Assembly: GCF_000027325.1 (NCBI RefSeq)
Contig: NC_000908.2
Location: 390,001-422,000, forward strand
Length of the DNA: 32,000 bases
Origin: Mycoplasmoides genitalium G37
GTDB taxonomy: Bacteria > Bacillota_I > Bacilli_A > Mycoplasmatales > Mycoplasmoidaceae
Reading direction: 5' to 3'
Below, piece by piece: positions 19,871 to 32,000 of this stretch (positions within the stretch are counted from its first letter, which is position 1; each line of letters starts with the position of its first letter). Made by a program: the position numbers and the translations under genes. Below the pieces are notes generated by a model. That model did not search any database. It had not been told where the DNA came from and saw nothing but the letters and a program-made list of their open reading frames with translations.

Positions 19871-20677
19871 TTAGTACCTTTGTTTCTTTAAATTATCTAG
19901 AAACTCTAGCACATAATCAAAAAAAAGTTTAGGCGCTGAGTCGTGTGGTGAATGACCAACACCATCAATAACCTTAAAAATAATCTTGTCACTTTTATTA
20001 GCTAGATAGTCTACAGAAGCTTTGGTTGGCGTGACAATATCATTAGCTCCTAAAATAACTAAGGTAGGTTTATTACCAATCATTTCATAAGCCCTTTCAA
20101 GTGAGTCATTACCATATTTAGCGTTTTGAACCATATCACTGTAAAGTGTTTTAAAGGTAGTTCTTTTTTTAAATGCATTGATAGCTATTTTCAAAAGTGA
20201 TTTACGTTTTTCTTCATGTTCAACAAAATCCTTATGGTTGCTGTTATTACGCTTAAAAAAAGTATCTAAAATCCGCTTTTTATTAACTGAGAAAGAAGTT
20301 TGATTCATAGGAGCTACTAATATTAAAGCCTTAATTTTTAGTGGTATAACTTTGTTAACTAAAACAGCCACAGCACCTCCCATACTATGACCTATTAAAA
20401 TGACGTTATTTAGTTTTTTTTGAACAATAAAATCACAAACCAAATCAACAAAGTGGTTTAGTTTTAATTGATCTGTATCTGTTGATTCATTGTCTCCATG
20501 ACCGGGAAAATTAAAAGTAAAGAAAGGCCACTTTTTCTTTTTAAACAAGCTAAAAATACGACTAAAACTGGCATATTCGCTTCCAAATCCATGTAAAAAA
20601 ATAAAAACGTTTTTTCTTTTTTTAGGTTTAAAGGCAAATATTGAGTTAAAAAGAGTATTTTTATTACTCGTTAGCAT
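19871..20677 (-). CDS. Alpha/beta hydrolase (esterase/lipase-like), 268 aa
   Basis: HGFGSEYASF, nucleophile elbow GHSMGGA, late GHSPHDS; single ORF 20677 to 19871. Confidence 0.9.
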   Translation of the reverse strand: MLTSNKNTLFNSIFAFKPKKRKNVFIFLHGFGSEYASFSRIFSLFKKKKWPFFTFNFPGHGDNESTDTDQLKLNHFVDLVCDFIVQKKLNNVILIGHSMGGAVAVLVNKVIPLKIKALILVAPMNQTSFSVNKKRILDTFFKRNNSNHKDFVEHEEKRKSLLKIAINAFKKRTTFKTLYSDMVQNAKYGNDSLERAYEMIGNKPTLVILGANDIVTPTKASVDYLANKSDKIIFKVIDGVGHSPHDSAPKLFFDYVLEFLDNLKKQRY

Positions 20678-22934
20678 TGATTTTAGCTAAACGTTCTGCA
20701 TATGCTTGGATGCGTTCTTTCTTAGAAAGTTTAGCGAGTTTATCATCCTTATTTTGGATAACAAAATCACGTTTTTTAATTCGTGGTTTTTTTATTTCAA
20801 CTGGTTTATCTTCATCACTAGCTTCTTTGATCTCTTCAGTTTGATTAGCACTAATGTCATTGAAATATTGCAACTGATTTTGCAGTGCTTGGTTTTCTAA
20901 AAAAAGTTGTTCTTTTTCAATTTTTAATGTTTCTAGTTCATCAAGATGTTCATCACTGGTAACTGGAGTAAATTGAAGTTCTTTTTTAGCATTTTCAAGT
21001 GAATTTATTTGTTGTTTTAACTGATTATTTTCACTATCAGATGCACTTAAACTTTGCTTGGCTTTCTCCAATTCACTGTTTGTTTCTTCAAAAGCAGAGA
21101 GTAAATCTTGGTATTGTTCATTAGCATCATTCAATTTATTCTTTTTAAGCTTTTCAAAATCAGTTTTTAATTTGCCATAGCTTTCTTGTAAGATTTCATG
21201 ATCAGCTTGGAGCTTTGCTAATAAGTTATTGCTATTCTCAGAGCCTGATAATTCATCTTCTAAATCATTAATTTTTTCATTAAGTGCTAAATTAACTTCT
21301 TCAAGCGTGGCTAATTTATCTTGAGCAACATTAAAAAGATTTTGAGAGTCTTTGAGTTGCTGTTGGAGATTTACTAACTGATTGGTATTTAAATTACTCT
21401 TCTCTTCATTCCATTCTTCTAACTCTGCAATTTTGTCTTGCAGTTGTTGATTTTGAATTGTTAAACCATTAAGTTTTTCATCGAGTGCTTTTTTCTGTTC
21501 TTCAAATGAATTTTTAGTGTTATTGAAGTCATTATCTTTAGACCTTGTTCACTCAATTTCATCTAATAAAACATCATTTTCATGTTTAAGTGCTGAAATT
21601 GTTTTTTGATAATCTAAGTTTAGCGCTTGTTGTTTCACTTGCAATTTATCAAATTTTGTTTCATTCTCATCAAAAAGTAGTTCATACTGATTTAAAAGAT
21701 CATCATATTTTTCATTCTCATCATTAGATGTGTTGTCATGGAGTTTTTTCAGTTCATTTTTCAAAAAATCATTTTCTTGTTCAACTAGATCCAATCTTTG
21801 GTTTGCTTCTCTTGCTGTTAGTAACTGGTTTTGAAGTTCGTTTATTTGGTTGTTTAAAACTGGTAATAAAGCTAATTGTTGTTGAACATTACTGCTCTTA
21901 TTTTTCAATGCATCTAATTGATCTGAAAGCAAAGCTTTTTCTTGTTTTAAATTCTCCAACTCTTCATTAACTTCATCACTTAAAGGATTAATAGCAACTG
22001 GTTTATTTTGCAGTTGCTCATATAAATCCCTATTTTCTTGCAAAAGATCATCCTGTAATTTCTTGGTATGTAAGTGCTTACTTTTTTCCTCAGATAACCT
22101 CCTTTTAAGATCATCGATTTCCTGTTCTAAATCAAATATTTGATCATTATTATTCTCTTTAAGATCATCGATTTGTTTTTTTAAATCAGCATTTTCCAAT
22201 AAAAGCTCTTTGTTATTATAGTCATCCAATTCATCAACTTTTTTTGTTGGATGTTGCTCTTTTAAGATCCTTTTAACAACAAAAGGTTGATCATCATTCT
22301 GATCATATTGGATCGTTTTATGAACTGGATTGATAGCTTTGGTTAAATTTTCAATGGAATAGAAATCATCAAATTGTTCAGGTTCTTTAACCTTATCAGT
22401 TGAAAATATTTGAACTTCTGGTTTTTTTGTTTCATTAATCTCTTCACTAGGTTGGTTAAACAACTCTTCAAAAGATACTTGTTTAGTAGCTTCTGGTTTT
22501 ATCTCATCCTTATCATCTTCAGCAGTAATCACTGATGGTTTTAGTTCCTGAAAACCAGTTTTAATTTCCTTGGTTAAAACTGATTGATCATCAACTTCTT
22601 GAAAAGCCATAGTTTGATCAACTGTCTGTTGCTCTTCCTCTCTAGTTTTAAGTTGATTTGCATAATGATTTAAAACATTCTTATCCCATTTTTTATCTAA
22701 AACCTTTAAATCTATCATCCAATTAAAAAAAGAAACTATTGACTTTTCTTTCTCAGCTTCATCAACAGTACCAAAAAATGTTTTCTCCAATAAATTTCTT
22801 TCAAAGGGAATAGCAGTAATTTTAGATGGTGAAAAAAGGATATTATTAGTTCTTTGTACTAATTCTTTTAAAAGTGTTTTTTCATCAAGCTCATTATCAA
22901 AATCACTAATTTCAAGTTCCTTATCTACTGCCAT
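20664..22934 (-). CDS. Large coiled-coil protein, 756 aa (MG_328-like)
   Basis: Fragments 21549-22934 and 20664-21134 share one frame with internal TGA; extended heptad-rich Glu/Lys/Leu/Gln sequence. Confidence 0.88.
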
Positions 22935-22972
22935 GGATTATGTTGGAATATTAGATAAATAAGTATATTATC

Positions 22973-24319
22973 TTAAACTTCTGGCTTTGTTCTTATCCGT
23001 GCGTTTTTTGATTTAAAGTAAAGGCTAATAGGTACAGAATTAAAACCAAAGTTTTCTCTAATCTTATTCTCTAAAAAACGTGCATAAGAAAAATGAAGAT
23101 ACTTAGGGTCATTGCAAAATAAAACAAAATGGGGAATTTGACTTTTGGTTTGTACTGCGTAAGTTATCTGCAAACGCTTGCCTTTAAAAAGTGGAGGTTG
23201 ATTGTAAAGTTGTGCTTGCTGAATAACATCATTTAAAAGTGGTGTTGCAACCTTAGTTTCAAGTTGGCTTTGAATAATTTTAAGTTGTTCAAAAATAGTA
23301 TTTAAGCGCTGATTTTTCAAAACACTAATAAACAAAACAGGCGCAAAATCGAGGTGTTTAAAATGCAATTTCAGCATTTTTTTATATGCATTTGTGGTGT
23401 TATTGTTTTTTAAAACTAGATCCCATTTATTCACAAGAATAATAACAGGGATAAGTGCAGCTTGTGCCAATCCACCAATCACTTCATCTTGTTCACTAAT
23501 AGGTTTTGATCCATCTACCATCAAAAGGATAACGTTACTACGGGCAATAGCTAGCTTTGTTTTGATGTAAGATGCGGTTTCAATTCCCATGTTAATTTTG
23601 CCTTTTCTTTTAATACCAGCAGTATCAATCAAAAGAAATTTTTCACCATTAACTTTTAAAGGAACATCAATAGCATCTCTAGTTGTACCACTCTCATTTG
23701 AAACTAAAACACGATTTTGTTTTACAAGTTGATTAATAAGTGAGCTTTTACCAACATTTGGTTTGCCAATTACACAAAACCTTATTTTTGCTAAATCATC
23801 ATTATTTTCATTAGGGAGTAATTGATTTTGTTTAACTAAGAGATCCATTAAATCACCAATTCCAATTCCATGAGCAGCACTAATAACAACTGGTCTTCCA
23901 AACCCTAAGCTGTAATAATCTTTTAATGTTTCTTCAGCAGTTTTAGGGTTAAAATTTTCAGCTTTATTTACCACTAGTATTACTGGTTTATCCTTATTTT
24001 TTTTAAGAACCTTAGCTACATAAAAATCATCGCTATTTAGTTGTTCTTGTAGTGACACTAAAAAAATAATAGCTTTGGCTTGACTAAGTGCTGCTTGTAC
24101 TTGTAATGCAATTAGTTGTTGCAAGGGAGTTTGTTTTGCAATTAATCCACCTGTGTCAATAAAAGCTATCTTTCTTTTTAACCATTCACCAATTCCAAAG
24201 ATCCTATCTCTTGTCGTGTTAGGAGTATCTGAAACAATAGCCATTGGCTTTTGAATTAAGCGATTAAATAAAGTTGATTTACCAACGTTTGTACGACCTA
24301 TTATTGCAACAGTAAACAC
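22973..24319 (-). CDS. der: Ribosome-associated GTPase Der (EngA), 448 aa
   Basis: Tandem G domains: [14 protein letters not shown] and [14 protein letters not shown]; DTGG, DTAG, NKAE, NKWD motifs; KH-like C-terminus. Confidence 0.97.
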
Positions 24320-24322
24320 AAA

Positions 24323-24976
24323 TTAAAGTTTAAAAACCTTCTTTGCTTCTTTGAGGGTTTGTTTTACTACTGCATCAAAACTTAGTTCAGAAGTGTCAAG
24401 ATAAATAGCGTCCTGGGCTTTTTTTAATGGGTCTGCAGTTCTAGAACTATCAATTTGATCACGTTGCTTTAATTCTTGAATTAGTTCCTTTAGTTTTTTT
24501 TCATTTGATAGAGAAATTCCCATATCTTGTAATCTTCGCTGCGCTCTAATTTCAACTTTAGCATCTAAAAAAAACTTCAATTGAGCATTTTTTAAAACTA
24601 CTGTTCCTATGTCTCTACCATCCATCACTATGTTTTTATTTTCTGCTAGTTTCTGTTGTTTAATAACTGCAATTTTTCTAATGTTAGGATCAACAGCTAT
24701 TTTACTAGCAATGTTAGCAACTGATTGGGTTGTAATAACTGTTGTAATATCAGCATTGTTATAATACACAGCATCTTTCTCAAAGCGTCAGTTAATTTGA
24801 TTAATGATTTTTAAAAAAAGATCAATATTTAATCTATTCACTTGCATTACATAGGCAAAGGCACGATACATTTTTCCACTAGAAAAATAAAAAAAATCAA
24901 GTTCTTCAGCTATTTTTTTAGCAACACTGGACTTTCCAGAACTACTTGGACCATCAATTGCTATTTGTCAATTCAT
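24323..24976 (-). CDS. cmk: Cytidylate kinase, 217 aa
   Basis: Start [40 protein letters not shown]; [13 protein letters not shown]; frame joins through TGA. Confidence 0.95.
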
Positions 24977-24984
24977 AACTAAAT

Positions 24985-25623
24985 TTAAACAAATGAAACA
25001 AAACTAACAATCAAAAAAATAAGAAAAAACAAAATGCTAAACAGCATGAAACTTATTAAAGTTATCACTAAGTTCTTAAAAATAGCCTTATTAGCATTAA
25101 ACAAATTAGGTTCGATGTTATCAATGCTTTTTTTAAAAGCAAAACTTTCAGTTGAAAAAACTGTTAGTATCTTGTTGTATTCTTTTAAATCACTAGTTAA
25201 ATTGCTTGTTTTTTTTAATCATTGTTTCTCATTAGCTTCATAAAATTTACTTAAGTGGTTAATCTTTTCTATTCCCTTATCATCACTAATTCAGCTTTCA
25301 TAACCGCTAGAAGTTTGGTTATATGCTGCGTTTAACCACATCCTATCAACTTTTTCTTCTAATAATTTAAAGTCAGTATTTTTTAAATCAACTATTAATT
25401 CCTGAAGTGTTTTAAACAGTTTATTTGGTTCAGTGTGATGTTTAACTGGATTTTTATTAAATTCACTAAAAGGATGGTAATTAATCAAGATTTTCTGATT
25501 AATTTTATTAAGCTGTTTTTTTCAGCTTTCAGTGTTCTTCTGAGCGTTAATTAAAGCTTTTTTAACTATCTTATTGTTATCAAAACTTTGTCTATAAAAG
25601 CGAAATTTTTCTACTCTTCCCAT
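24985..25623 (-). CDS. Conserved hypothetical protein with C-terminal TM segment, 212 aa (MG_331-like)
   Basis: ATG at 25623; fragment 25291-25488 and flanks form a single TGA=Trp frame to TAA at 24985. Confidence 0.85.
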
Positions 25624-26330
25624 GGGTTGGCATTATGAACAACAAACTGAATGTCATCATCTTCCTCACAAGCATTGAGAAAACGTGATAATAAAGTTTG
25701 CTGATTTCTATCTAAATCAACAGTTAAAAGAGGTACCAATTTAATTTCACTATCTACTATTGAAAAATTGTTTTTTTTCAACAGCTCCTTTGCATGAAAA
25801 TAACTATTTGAATGCAAGCTAATTTCAAAACACTCTTCATCATAATCAACATCAATTAAGTTAATATTGTCCAAAATTAATAATTCAATTAGATCATCTT
25901 TCAAATAGTTATTTTTATTAACAAAGATAATCCCTTCTTCTTGAAAATTAATCTTGACGCTATTTGGCTTGGCTAATTGTCCTTTTAGTTTAGCTAAATA
26001 ACCGTTTAAACTACTGAGTAAACGGTTAGGATTATCAGTTAGTCCAAACACAATAATTCCAACACCATTTGGTCCAAAAATCTCATAACAAAACTCGCTA
26101 ATTTTAGTTGTATCTTTTTCACTACCATGGATATTTCTTTTAATTGAATCCATGCTTAGACCCTTAGCTAAAGCAAGATCAACTGCAACTTTTAGATGTG
26201 GATTTGACTGGATATTAGTTCCACCTTTTTTAACAGCTGAAGCTATTCTTTTTGCTAGTTTTTGAAGTTGTTTTGCACTTGTTTGTTGTTTTTTATTAGT
26301 TTGATTAGCAATTAGATGCTTACGTGGCAT
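25611..26330 (-). CDS. YebC/PmpR family protein (TACO1-like), 239 aa
   Basis: [37 protein letters not shown]...[25 protein letters not shown]...[13 protein letters not shown]. Confidence 0.95.
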   Translation of the reverse strand: MPRKHLIANQTNKKQQTSAKQLQKLAKRIASAVKKGGTNIQSNPHLKVAVDLALAKGLSMDSIKRNIHGSEKDTTKISEFCYEIFGPNGVGIIVFGLTDNPNRLLSSLNGYLAKLKGQLAKPNSVKINFQEEGIIFVNKNNYLKDDLIELLILDNINLIDVDYDEECFEISLHSNSYFHAKELLKKNNFSIVDSEIKLVPLLTVDLDRNQQTLLSRFLNACEEDDDIQFVVHNANPWEE

Positions 26331-26336
26331 GTAAGA

Positions 26337-26930
26337 TTAAAAATTATTAGCAACTTGGTCAACTTTGTGTGCAAACAGATCAACTACCTCTTGCTTGTTT
26401 TTATCTTTGTAAAGAATTTTAGTGTCATCAATTAAAACACTCTCAAAATGTGTAACACCTGCAAAACCAAACAAGCCCTTTAAATTACTAACATGATCAG
26501 CTCAAGGGTATCATCCTAATGGTGCACCTTGTGACGCTAAAACAACTACCTTAAGATTAGTAAGTAATCCCTTAGAAGCACCTTTAGTAACATATTTGTC
26601 TTGAAAGGTTTTATTAGCTACAAAGACATGATCAATAAAGTTTTTTAAACTAGCAGGATAATTAAAGTTGGTCATTGGTGCAAGGATAACAATTCCATAA
26701 GCTGTTTTTAGAGCATCAATATAATAATCACTATTTTCAAAACTAAAAAAATTACTAGCGTTTTGGGTATTATAAGATATCTTACCTACTGGTAATTCAT
26801 TTAAATTTCAATCAATAAATTCAACACTACTATTTTGTTTTTTATAAGTTTGAAGGAAACGATCTAATAAAAGGTGGGTGTAAGAACCAGAAGGGGTTAC
26901 AGAAGCATCAACAATAATAACTTTCTTCAT
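26337..26930 (-). CDS. azoR: FMN-dependent NADH-azoreductase / flavodoxin-fold protein (historically 'AcpD'), 197 aa
   Basis: MKKVIIVDASVTPSGSYTHLLLDRF...APMTNFNYPASLKNFIDHVFVANKTF; frame contains several TGA=Trp. Confidence 0.85.
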
Positions 26931-26966
26931 AGCTAATAATTAAAAGTCTAATTTTTATTGTTAATT

Positions 26967-29480
26967 CTAATGAGCTTTAGTTAATTTAGCAATTAATTGG
27001 TTGGTTTCAGTAAGTTTTTTTTGATATTCTTCCAATTTTAAAAATTCACTTTTTACCTTTTCTTTGGGTGCTTTTTCTAGAAAGCTTTTATTTTTAACAA
27101 TAGCTTGGCTACGTTTTACTTCACTTTCAAAAAAAGCTTGTTGCTTCTGTAGAGATTTAAGTCTTTGGGTTGTATCATCAACAATTTGGTATTTAAAACT
27201 AACTTTTTTATTAGTTTCAATTTTCAGTTCAATTCAACTAAAGTTAAAGTATTGTTTAACATCAACAGCATTTTTACCAGATAAGATAACAACTAGTTTT
27301 TGTTGTGAATTAAGCATGTACTGTTTTCTGTAATTGCGTAAGTCATTAATAGCAGCTAAAACAAGATCAAAAAGTTTGGGAATTTTAATTTTAGTTGCAA
27401 GAGGTCATGTTGCTTGCATAACACTTTTATTGTTAAATTGCTGATAAATACGCTCAGATAAAAAAGGAACAGTGATACTAAGCAAAATAGCAATATTAGA
27501 TAAAACTGATTTAGCAGTATAAAAAAGCTGTGGTTTTAGTTGATTTGGTTCTTTTTTAATTGCTTCAATGAAAGTATTGCAAAAATCATCCCAAACAAAT
27601 TTAACAAGAATTTGGTTTGCTAATGCTAACTGGAATTTATCTAGTAGCTTAGTTATTTTTTGAATTACTTTATCTAATTTAGCTAAGATTCAAGTTTCAC
27701 TTAATGAAAGTTTGTCCAAGTCATAACTAATTTCTTGATCATTTTCTAGTTGGATAACAAACTTAGTAACATTCCACAATTTATTTAAAAAATTTCATGC
27801 ACTTTTTATTTTTTGTTCGCTGAAAATTAGATCATCTCCTGGAGTGTGATTTGAACACAAAAATAAGCGCACTGCATCCGCTCCATAATTTCTAATAAGA
27901 TCAACAGGATCAATGCCATTATTCAGTGATTTTGACATCTTACGATTTTGTTCATCGCGTACTAAACCGTGGATTAAAACAGTTTTAAATGGCAGTTTTT
28001 TAGTTTCAAAAAAGGAGTTAAATAACATTCTTAAAACTCAGAAAAATAGAATATCATAACCTGTAACTAAAAGCTCAGTTTCATGAAAAGAGTCATCCTG
28101 TTCTCAATTCAAACAAATTAAAGGTCAAAGCGAAGAAGAAAATCAAGTATCAAGTACATCTTTTGATCTAGTGTAGTTTTGTAAATTTTTTGAAGGTTTT
28201 TCACCAACAACTATTTCACCTGTATTGTTTTCAAATCAAACAGGAATTTTATGACCCCAAATTAACTGTCTTGAAATACACCATGGTTTGAGTTTATTCA
28301 ACCAATTTGACACTTGCTTATTAAAGCGTTTGGGAATAAAATCAGGATATTTTTTTAAATATAAGTGATCTTTTAACTTTGGTAAATCAACAAATCACTG
28401 TTTTGAAAGCATGGGTTCTACAACAGTGCCACTGCGTTCAGAAAAACCAACATTACTAGTTAATGGTATTGATTTAACAAGTAATTTATTTTTTTCTAAT
28501 CATTTAACAATTTTATTTCTTGCTTGTAAAACACTAAGGCCTTGAAATTTACTTGCATTTTGATTGAGAATACCGTTACTGTCAATGCAGCTTAGAAAAT
28601 CAAATTTATATTTAGTGTTGATTTCATAGTCATTAAAGTCGTGTGCAGGAGTACATTTCAATATTCCTGTACCAAATTTAATGTCAACATAGCTATCTGT
28701 TACAACAGGAATTTGTTTTCCTGTTAAAGGGTTAACTACTAATTTATTTCAGAAATTAGTATAGCGCTTATCTTTTGGGTTTACCAATAGACAAACATCA
28801 GCAAAGATAGTTTCTGGTCTTGTTGTTGCAACTATTAGTTCTTGTTTACTATCATTCGCTAGTTTATAAACAACATAATGAAGATGTTGATTAACAGGTT
28901 TATTGATAACTTCAATATTTGATATAGCAGTATTCAATTTTGTATCTCAATTAACAAGCGTGTATGCTTGATAAATAAAACCGTTTTCATAAAGGTTTTT
29001 AAAACAATTGTTAACAATTTTATTAGCTTGTTCTGAAAGCGTGAATTTAGTTTCAGATCAATTTAAGCAAACTCCTAAACTCTTTAGTTGATTTTTAATT
29101 ATTTCGCTTTGATTTAATGCCCAATTCATGATCATTTCAGATTTTTTATCATCATCTGCATCAAAATATTTTTGATTTTCTTTTAATGCTATTTTTTCAT
29201 ATTTCGTTTGAGTAGCAATGCCAGCATGATCAAAGCCAGGAATTCAGTTAATACTAAATCCCTGCATCTTTTTAAAACGCATGATTTGATCAGTAATACT
29301 AACCTCAAAAGCATGACCAATATGAAGAGTACCTGTTAGATTTGGAGGGGGAAGAATTGCTGTAAAAGAATTGTTTTTATCTTTAGGTTTAAAAAAACCA
29401 GCATTATTTCAAATTTCATAAAGCCCATCACTAACTAAGTTGAAATCATAGTTTTTTTGAAAACTAAATTTATCTTTCAT
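26967..29480 (-). CDS. valS: Valyl-tRNA synthetase, 837 aa
   Basis: ATG at 29480; [26 protein letters not shown]; [11 protein letters not shown]; [12 protein letters not shown] (KMSKS motif); TAG at 26967; 838 codons in frame. Confidence 0.97.
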
Positions 29481-30045
29481 CTTCAACGAATAATTCGAAA
29501 ATTTTTTTGTGAACTAAAGCAAGATTATGATGTGTTTTTGTACTTGCAAAAACACATTTATCAAAATTAACTTTTAAAAAATTTGCAATATTCTTAAGCG
29601 AAAAATATCTTTCACTTTGATTTAGTTTGTCAAATTTATTAGCAACAATCAAAAAGTTCAATCCTGTTTGCAAAATAATTTTAACCACTTCCTGATCTTG
29701 AACAGTAACAACTCCACTATCTACTATCAAAACAACACCAACTAGATTACTACGAAAATTTAAAAATTGGGTAAGTAAATTAGTAATAAAATCTTTCTTA
29801 TTTTTGTTTATTTTAGCAAAGCCATAACCTGGTAAATCAACAAATCTTTTGTCTTTATATTCAAAGTAATTTAGTAATTGTGTTCGACCTGGTGTTGCTG
29901 AAGTTTTAGCCAGTTTCTTTTTAAAAAAAGCATTAATCAAACTTGATTTACCAACATTACTTCTTCCCATGAAACAAATCTCTGGGATATTATCTTGAGG
30001 ACAATCTTTTAAATCACTTGCACTCTTCAAAAAATGTGCATCCAT
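29470..30045 (-). CDS. engB: Ribosome biogenesis GTP-binding protein YsxC/EngB, 191 aa
   Basis: [38 protein letters not shown] motifs. Confidence 0.96.
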   Translation of the reverse strand: MDAHFLKSASDLKDCPQDNIPEICFMGRSNVGKSSLINAFFKKKLAKTSATPGRTQLLNYFEYKDKRFVDLPGYGFAKINKNKKDFITNLLTQFLNFRSNLVGVVLIVDSGVVTVQDQEVVKIILQTGLNFLIVANKFDKLNQSERYFSLKNIANFLKVNFDKCVFASTKTHHNLALVHKKIFELFVEDER

Positions 30046-30052
30046 GTGTATT

Positions 30053-30274
30053 TTATTTTTGGTTTTTAATGGAGCGCATTATCTCTTTTACCTGGGTTTC
30101 AGATAATTTTCTACCCATTTTTGCATACATTGCTTTAATTTGATTTTCAGTAATAGGTGGATTGTCACGCATCTGTTTTTTAAAGATTTTTATAGAAATA
30201 AAATAACCAAGAATCATTCCCACCAAAAGCGAAAGAGGGATACCTAAACCTAATGCAAGTGCTAGATCATTCAT
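30053..30274 (-). CDS. UPF0154 family small membrane protein, 73 aa
   Basis: MNDLALALGLGIPLSLLVGMILGYFISIKIFKKQMRDNPPITENQIKAMYAKMGRKLSETQVKEIMRSIKNQK. Confidence 0.9.
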   Translation of the reverse strand: MNDLALALGLGIPLSLLVGMILGYFISIKIFKKQMRDNPPITENQIKAMYAKMGRKLSETQVKEIMRSIKNQK

Positions 30275-30332
30275 AGCTATATATTAATAATTAAACATTT
30301 TAAAAGTCTTATAAAATTAAATAATCGAATTA

Positions 30333-31358
30333 ATGGATAAACTTGTTAGTATATTAGTTCCTTGTTACAAATCAAAACCTTTTTTAAAACGTTTTTTTAA
30401 TTCACTTTTAAAGCAAGATCTTAATCAAGCTAAAATTATTTTTTTCAATGACAATGTTGCTGATGAAACCTATGAAGTTTTGCAAAAATTCAAAAAAGAA
30501 CACAATAACTTAGCAATTGAAGTCTATTGTGACAAACAGAATGAAGGTATTGGAAAAGTGCGTGATAAGCTAGTGAATCTAGTAACAACACCTTATTTTT
30601 ATTTTATCGATCCTGATGATTGTTTTAACAACAAAAATGTCATAAAAGAGATTGTTGAATCAATTAAAAAAGAAGATTTTGATCTTGGTGTATTAAAAAG
30701 TATGGTCTATTTATGCTTCTTAAAACATGATTTCATTATTAAATTTTTGCCTTTAAAAGGTATTTTTCAAGGCAGAGTAAAATTAATTAATAATAACAAT
30801 GTTAATAAATTAAATTACATCAAAAATAATGATCAATATATTTGAAATATTGTTATAAACACAGATTTTTTTAGGAAGCTAAATTTAACTTTTGAATCAA
30901 GGTTATTTGAAGATATACCAATCTGATATCCGATGTTTTTTTCATCACAAAAAATTGTTTTTATTGATGTGATAGGAACAAATTATTTTATTCGTAATGA
31001 TAGTTTATCAACTACTATTAGTGCTCCACGCTACTTAAATTTAATCCAATGTTATGAAAAGCTATATGTAAATCTCAGCCAAAATGGTTCTCTTGCAAGT
31101 TTTATTGATCCAAATCATAAGATTGAAGCTAGGTTTTGAAGAAGGCAAATGTTTGTTTGATTTGCACTTTTCAGCTTTGAATACTTTAAGAAAAATTTTT
31201 CTGAATCAAAAAAAATTCTTGAAAAACTATTTGTTTTTTTGGAAAAAAATGGAGTTTATGAACGTGTTTTTCAAACAAAAAATCAAGGTATTTACTATAT
31301 TTGGGTACAGCGACTAAAATATTTTAAACATGTTTTGGAATCTAAATCAGATAACTAA
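30333..31358 (+). CDS. GT2-family glycosyltransferase, 341 aa
   Basis: MDKLVSILVPCYKSKPFLKRFFNSLLKQ...VTTPYFYFIDPDDCF; frame continues past TGA codons to TAA at 31356-31358. Confidence 0.88.
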
Positions 31359-31466
31359 TTAAGTTCTCTTTAAAAAATCAATGAGATTAAAGTTATTTAA
31401 AGCTTATTGTTTAATTTACTTAAATTAAGAATCTTTATCTTGTTAAATTAATACTTAACTGGTTTA

Positions 31467-32000
31467 ATGTCTGCAATTAAATTTAATCCTAGTTCATTCA
31501 GAAAAAACTTTAAATGGTTTGAAAATAACAAAAATTGGATTAATTTTGATAATGCTGCTACTTCCATTGCACTTGATGTTGTGGCTGAAGCAAGCAAAGA
31601 ATATTACCAGTATTTTTGTGTCAATCCTCATAACAAAAATCCTGAAATTAACCAAAAACTTATTGCTATTATTGAAGAAACAAGAGATTTATTAGCAAAA
31701 TTTTTCAATGCTAAAAAAAATGAAATAATTTTTACAAGTTCTGCAACTGAATCGCTTAACTTATTCGCCTTTGGATTAAGCTCTTTAGTAAAAAGTAATG
31801 ATGAAATCATTCTCAAAGAAGATGAACATGCTGCTAATGTTTTTCCCTGAGTAAATCTAGCAAAAGAAAATAAAGCCAAACTAAAAATAATTAAAAAAAC
31901 ACCAAATAAATCTTGAACTGATGCTTTTTTAAAAGCTTGTACACCATCAACAAAACTATTAGTTATAACTGCAACATCTAATCTTTTTGGAAATAGTATT
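31467..32000 (+). CDS. Cysteine desulfurase (NifS/SufS/Csd-like), 5' part; runs off the right edge
   Basis: INFDNAATS...IIFTSSATESLNLFAFGL...DEHAANVFPWVNLA...; TGA=Trp read-through. Confidence 0.9.

Noticed and set aside
24985-25623. MG_331-like gene as a degraded pseudogene because only a 65-aa ORF was listed
   Set aside because: With TGA=Trp it forms an uninterrupted 212-aa frame from ATG 25623 to TAA 24985.
1-32000. Novel defence, mobile or toxin-antitoxin system
   Set aside because: No nuclease, methyltransferase, integrase, transposase or paired small gene signature was recognisable; nearly all sequence is accounted for by housekeeping and adhesion genes or structured RNAs.

Overview
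This window reads as a compact, AT-rich Mycoplasma chromosome segment. From gene content and order I believe it is the Mycoplasma genitalium MG_312 to MG_336 region, but that assignment is recall and no search was run. TGA encodes tryptophan throughout, so the supplied ORF track breaks most genes into pieces. I rejoined them by reading through TGA. Content, left to right: a terminal-organelle/cytadherence block (HMW1 C-terminally truncated by the window edge, two membrane proteins, a HolA-like protein, a ComEC/Rec2-like protein, HMW3, a P32/P30-type adhesin, two more membrane proteins); two abutting tRNA-Ser genes; a 934-aa lipoprotein; a seven-tRNA cluster; divergent KtrB/KtrA; rnpB (-) and ssrA/tmRNA (+) in divergent orientation; then a long minus-strand run (membrane protein, PepP-type peptidase, L33, DegV, alpha/beta hydrolase, coiled-coil protein, Der, Cmk, hypothetical, YebC, azoreductase-like, ValS, EngB, UPF0154); and finally plus-strand GT2 glycosyltransferase and the 5' part of a cysteine desulfurase. 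I found no CRISPR array, transposon, prophage or obvious defence system. The most interesting signal is a perfect 12-bp palindrome, AAATTATAATTT (16524-16535), between rnpB and ssrA. It contains TATAAT on both strands, in the right position to serve as a shared bidirectional -10 element for two essential RNAs.
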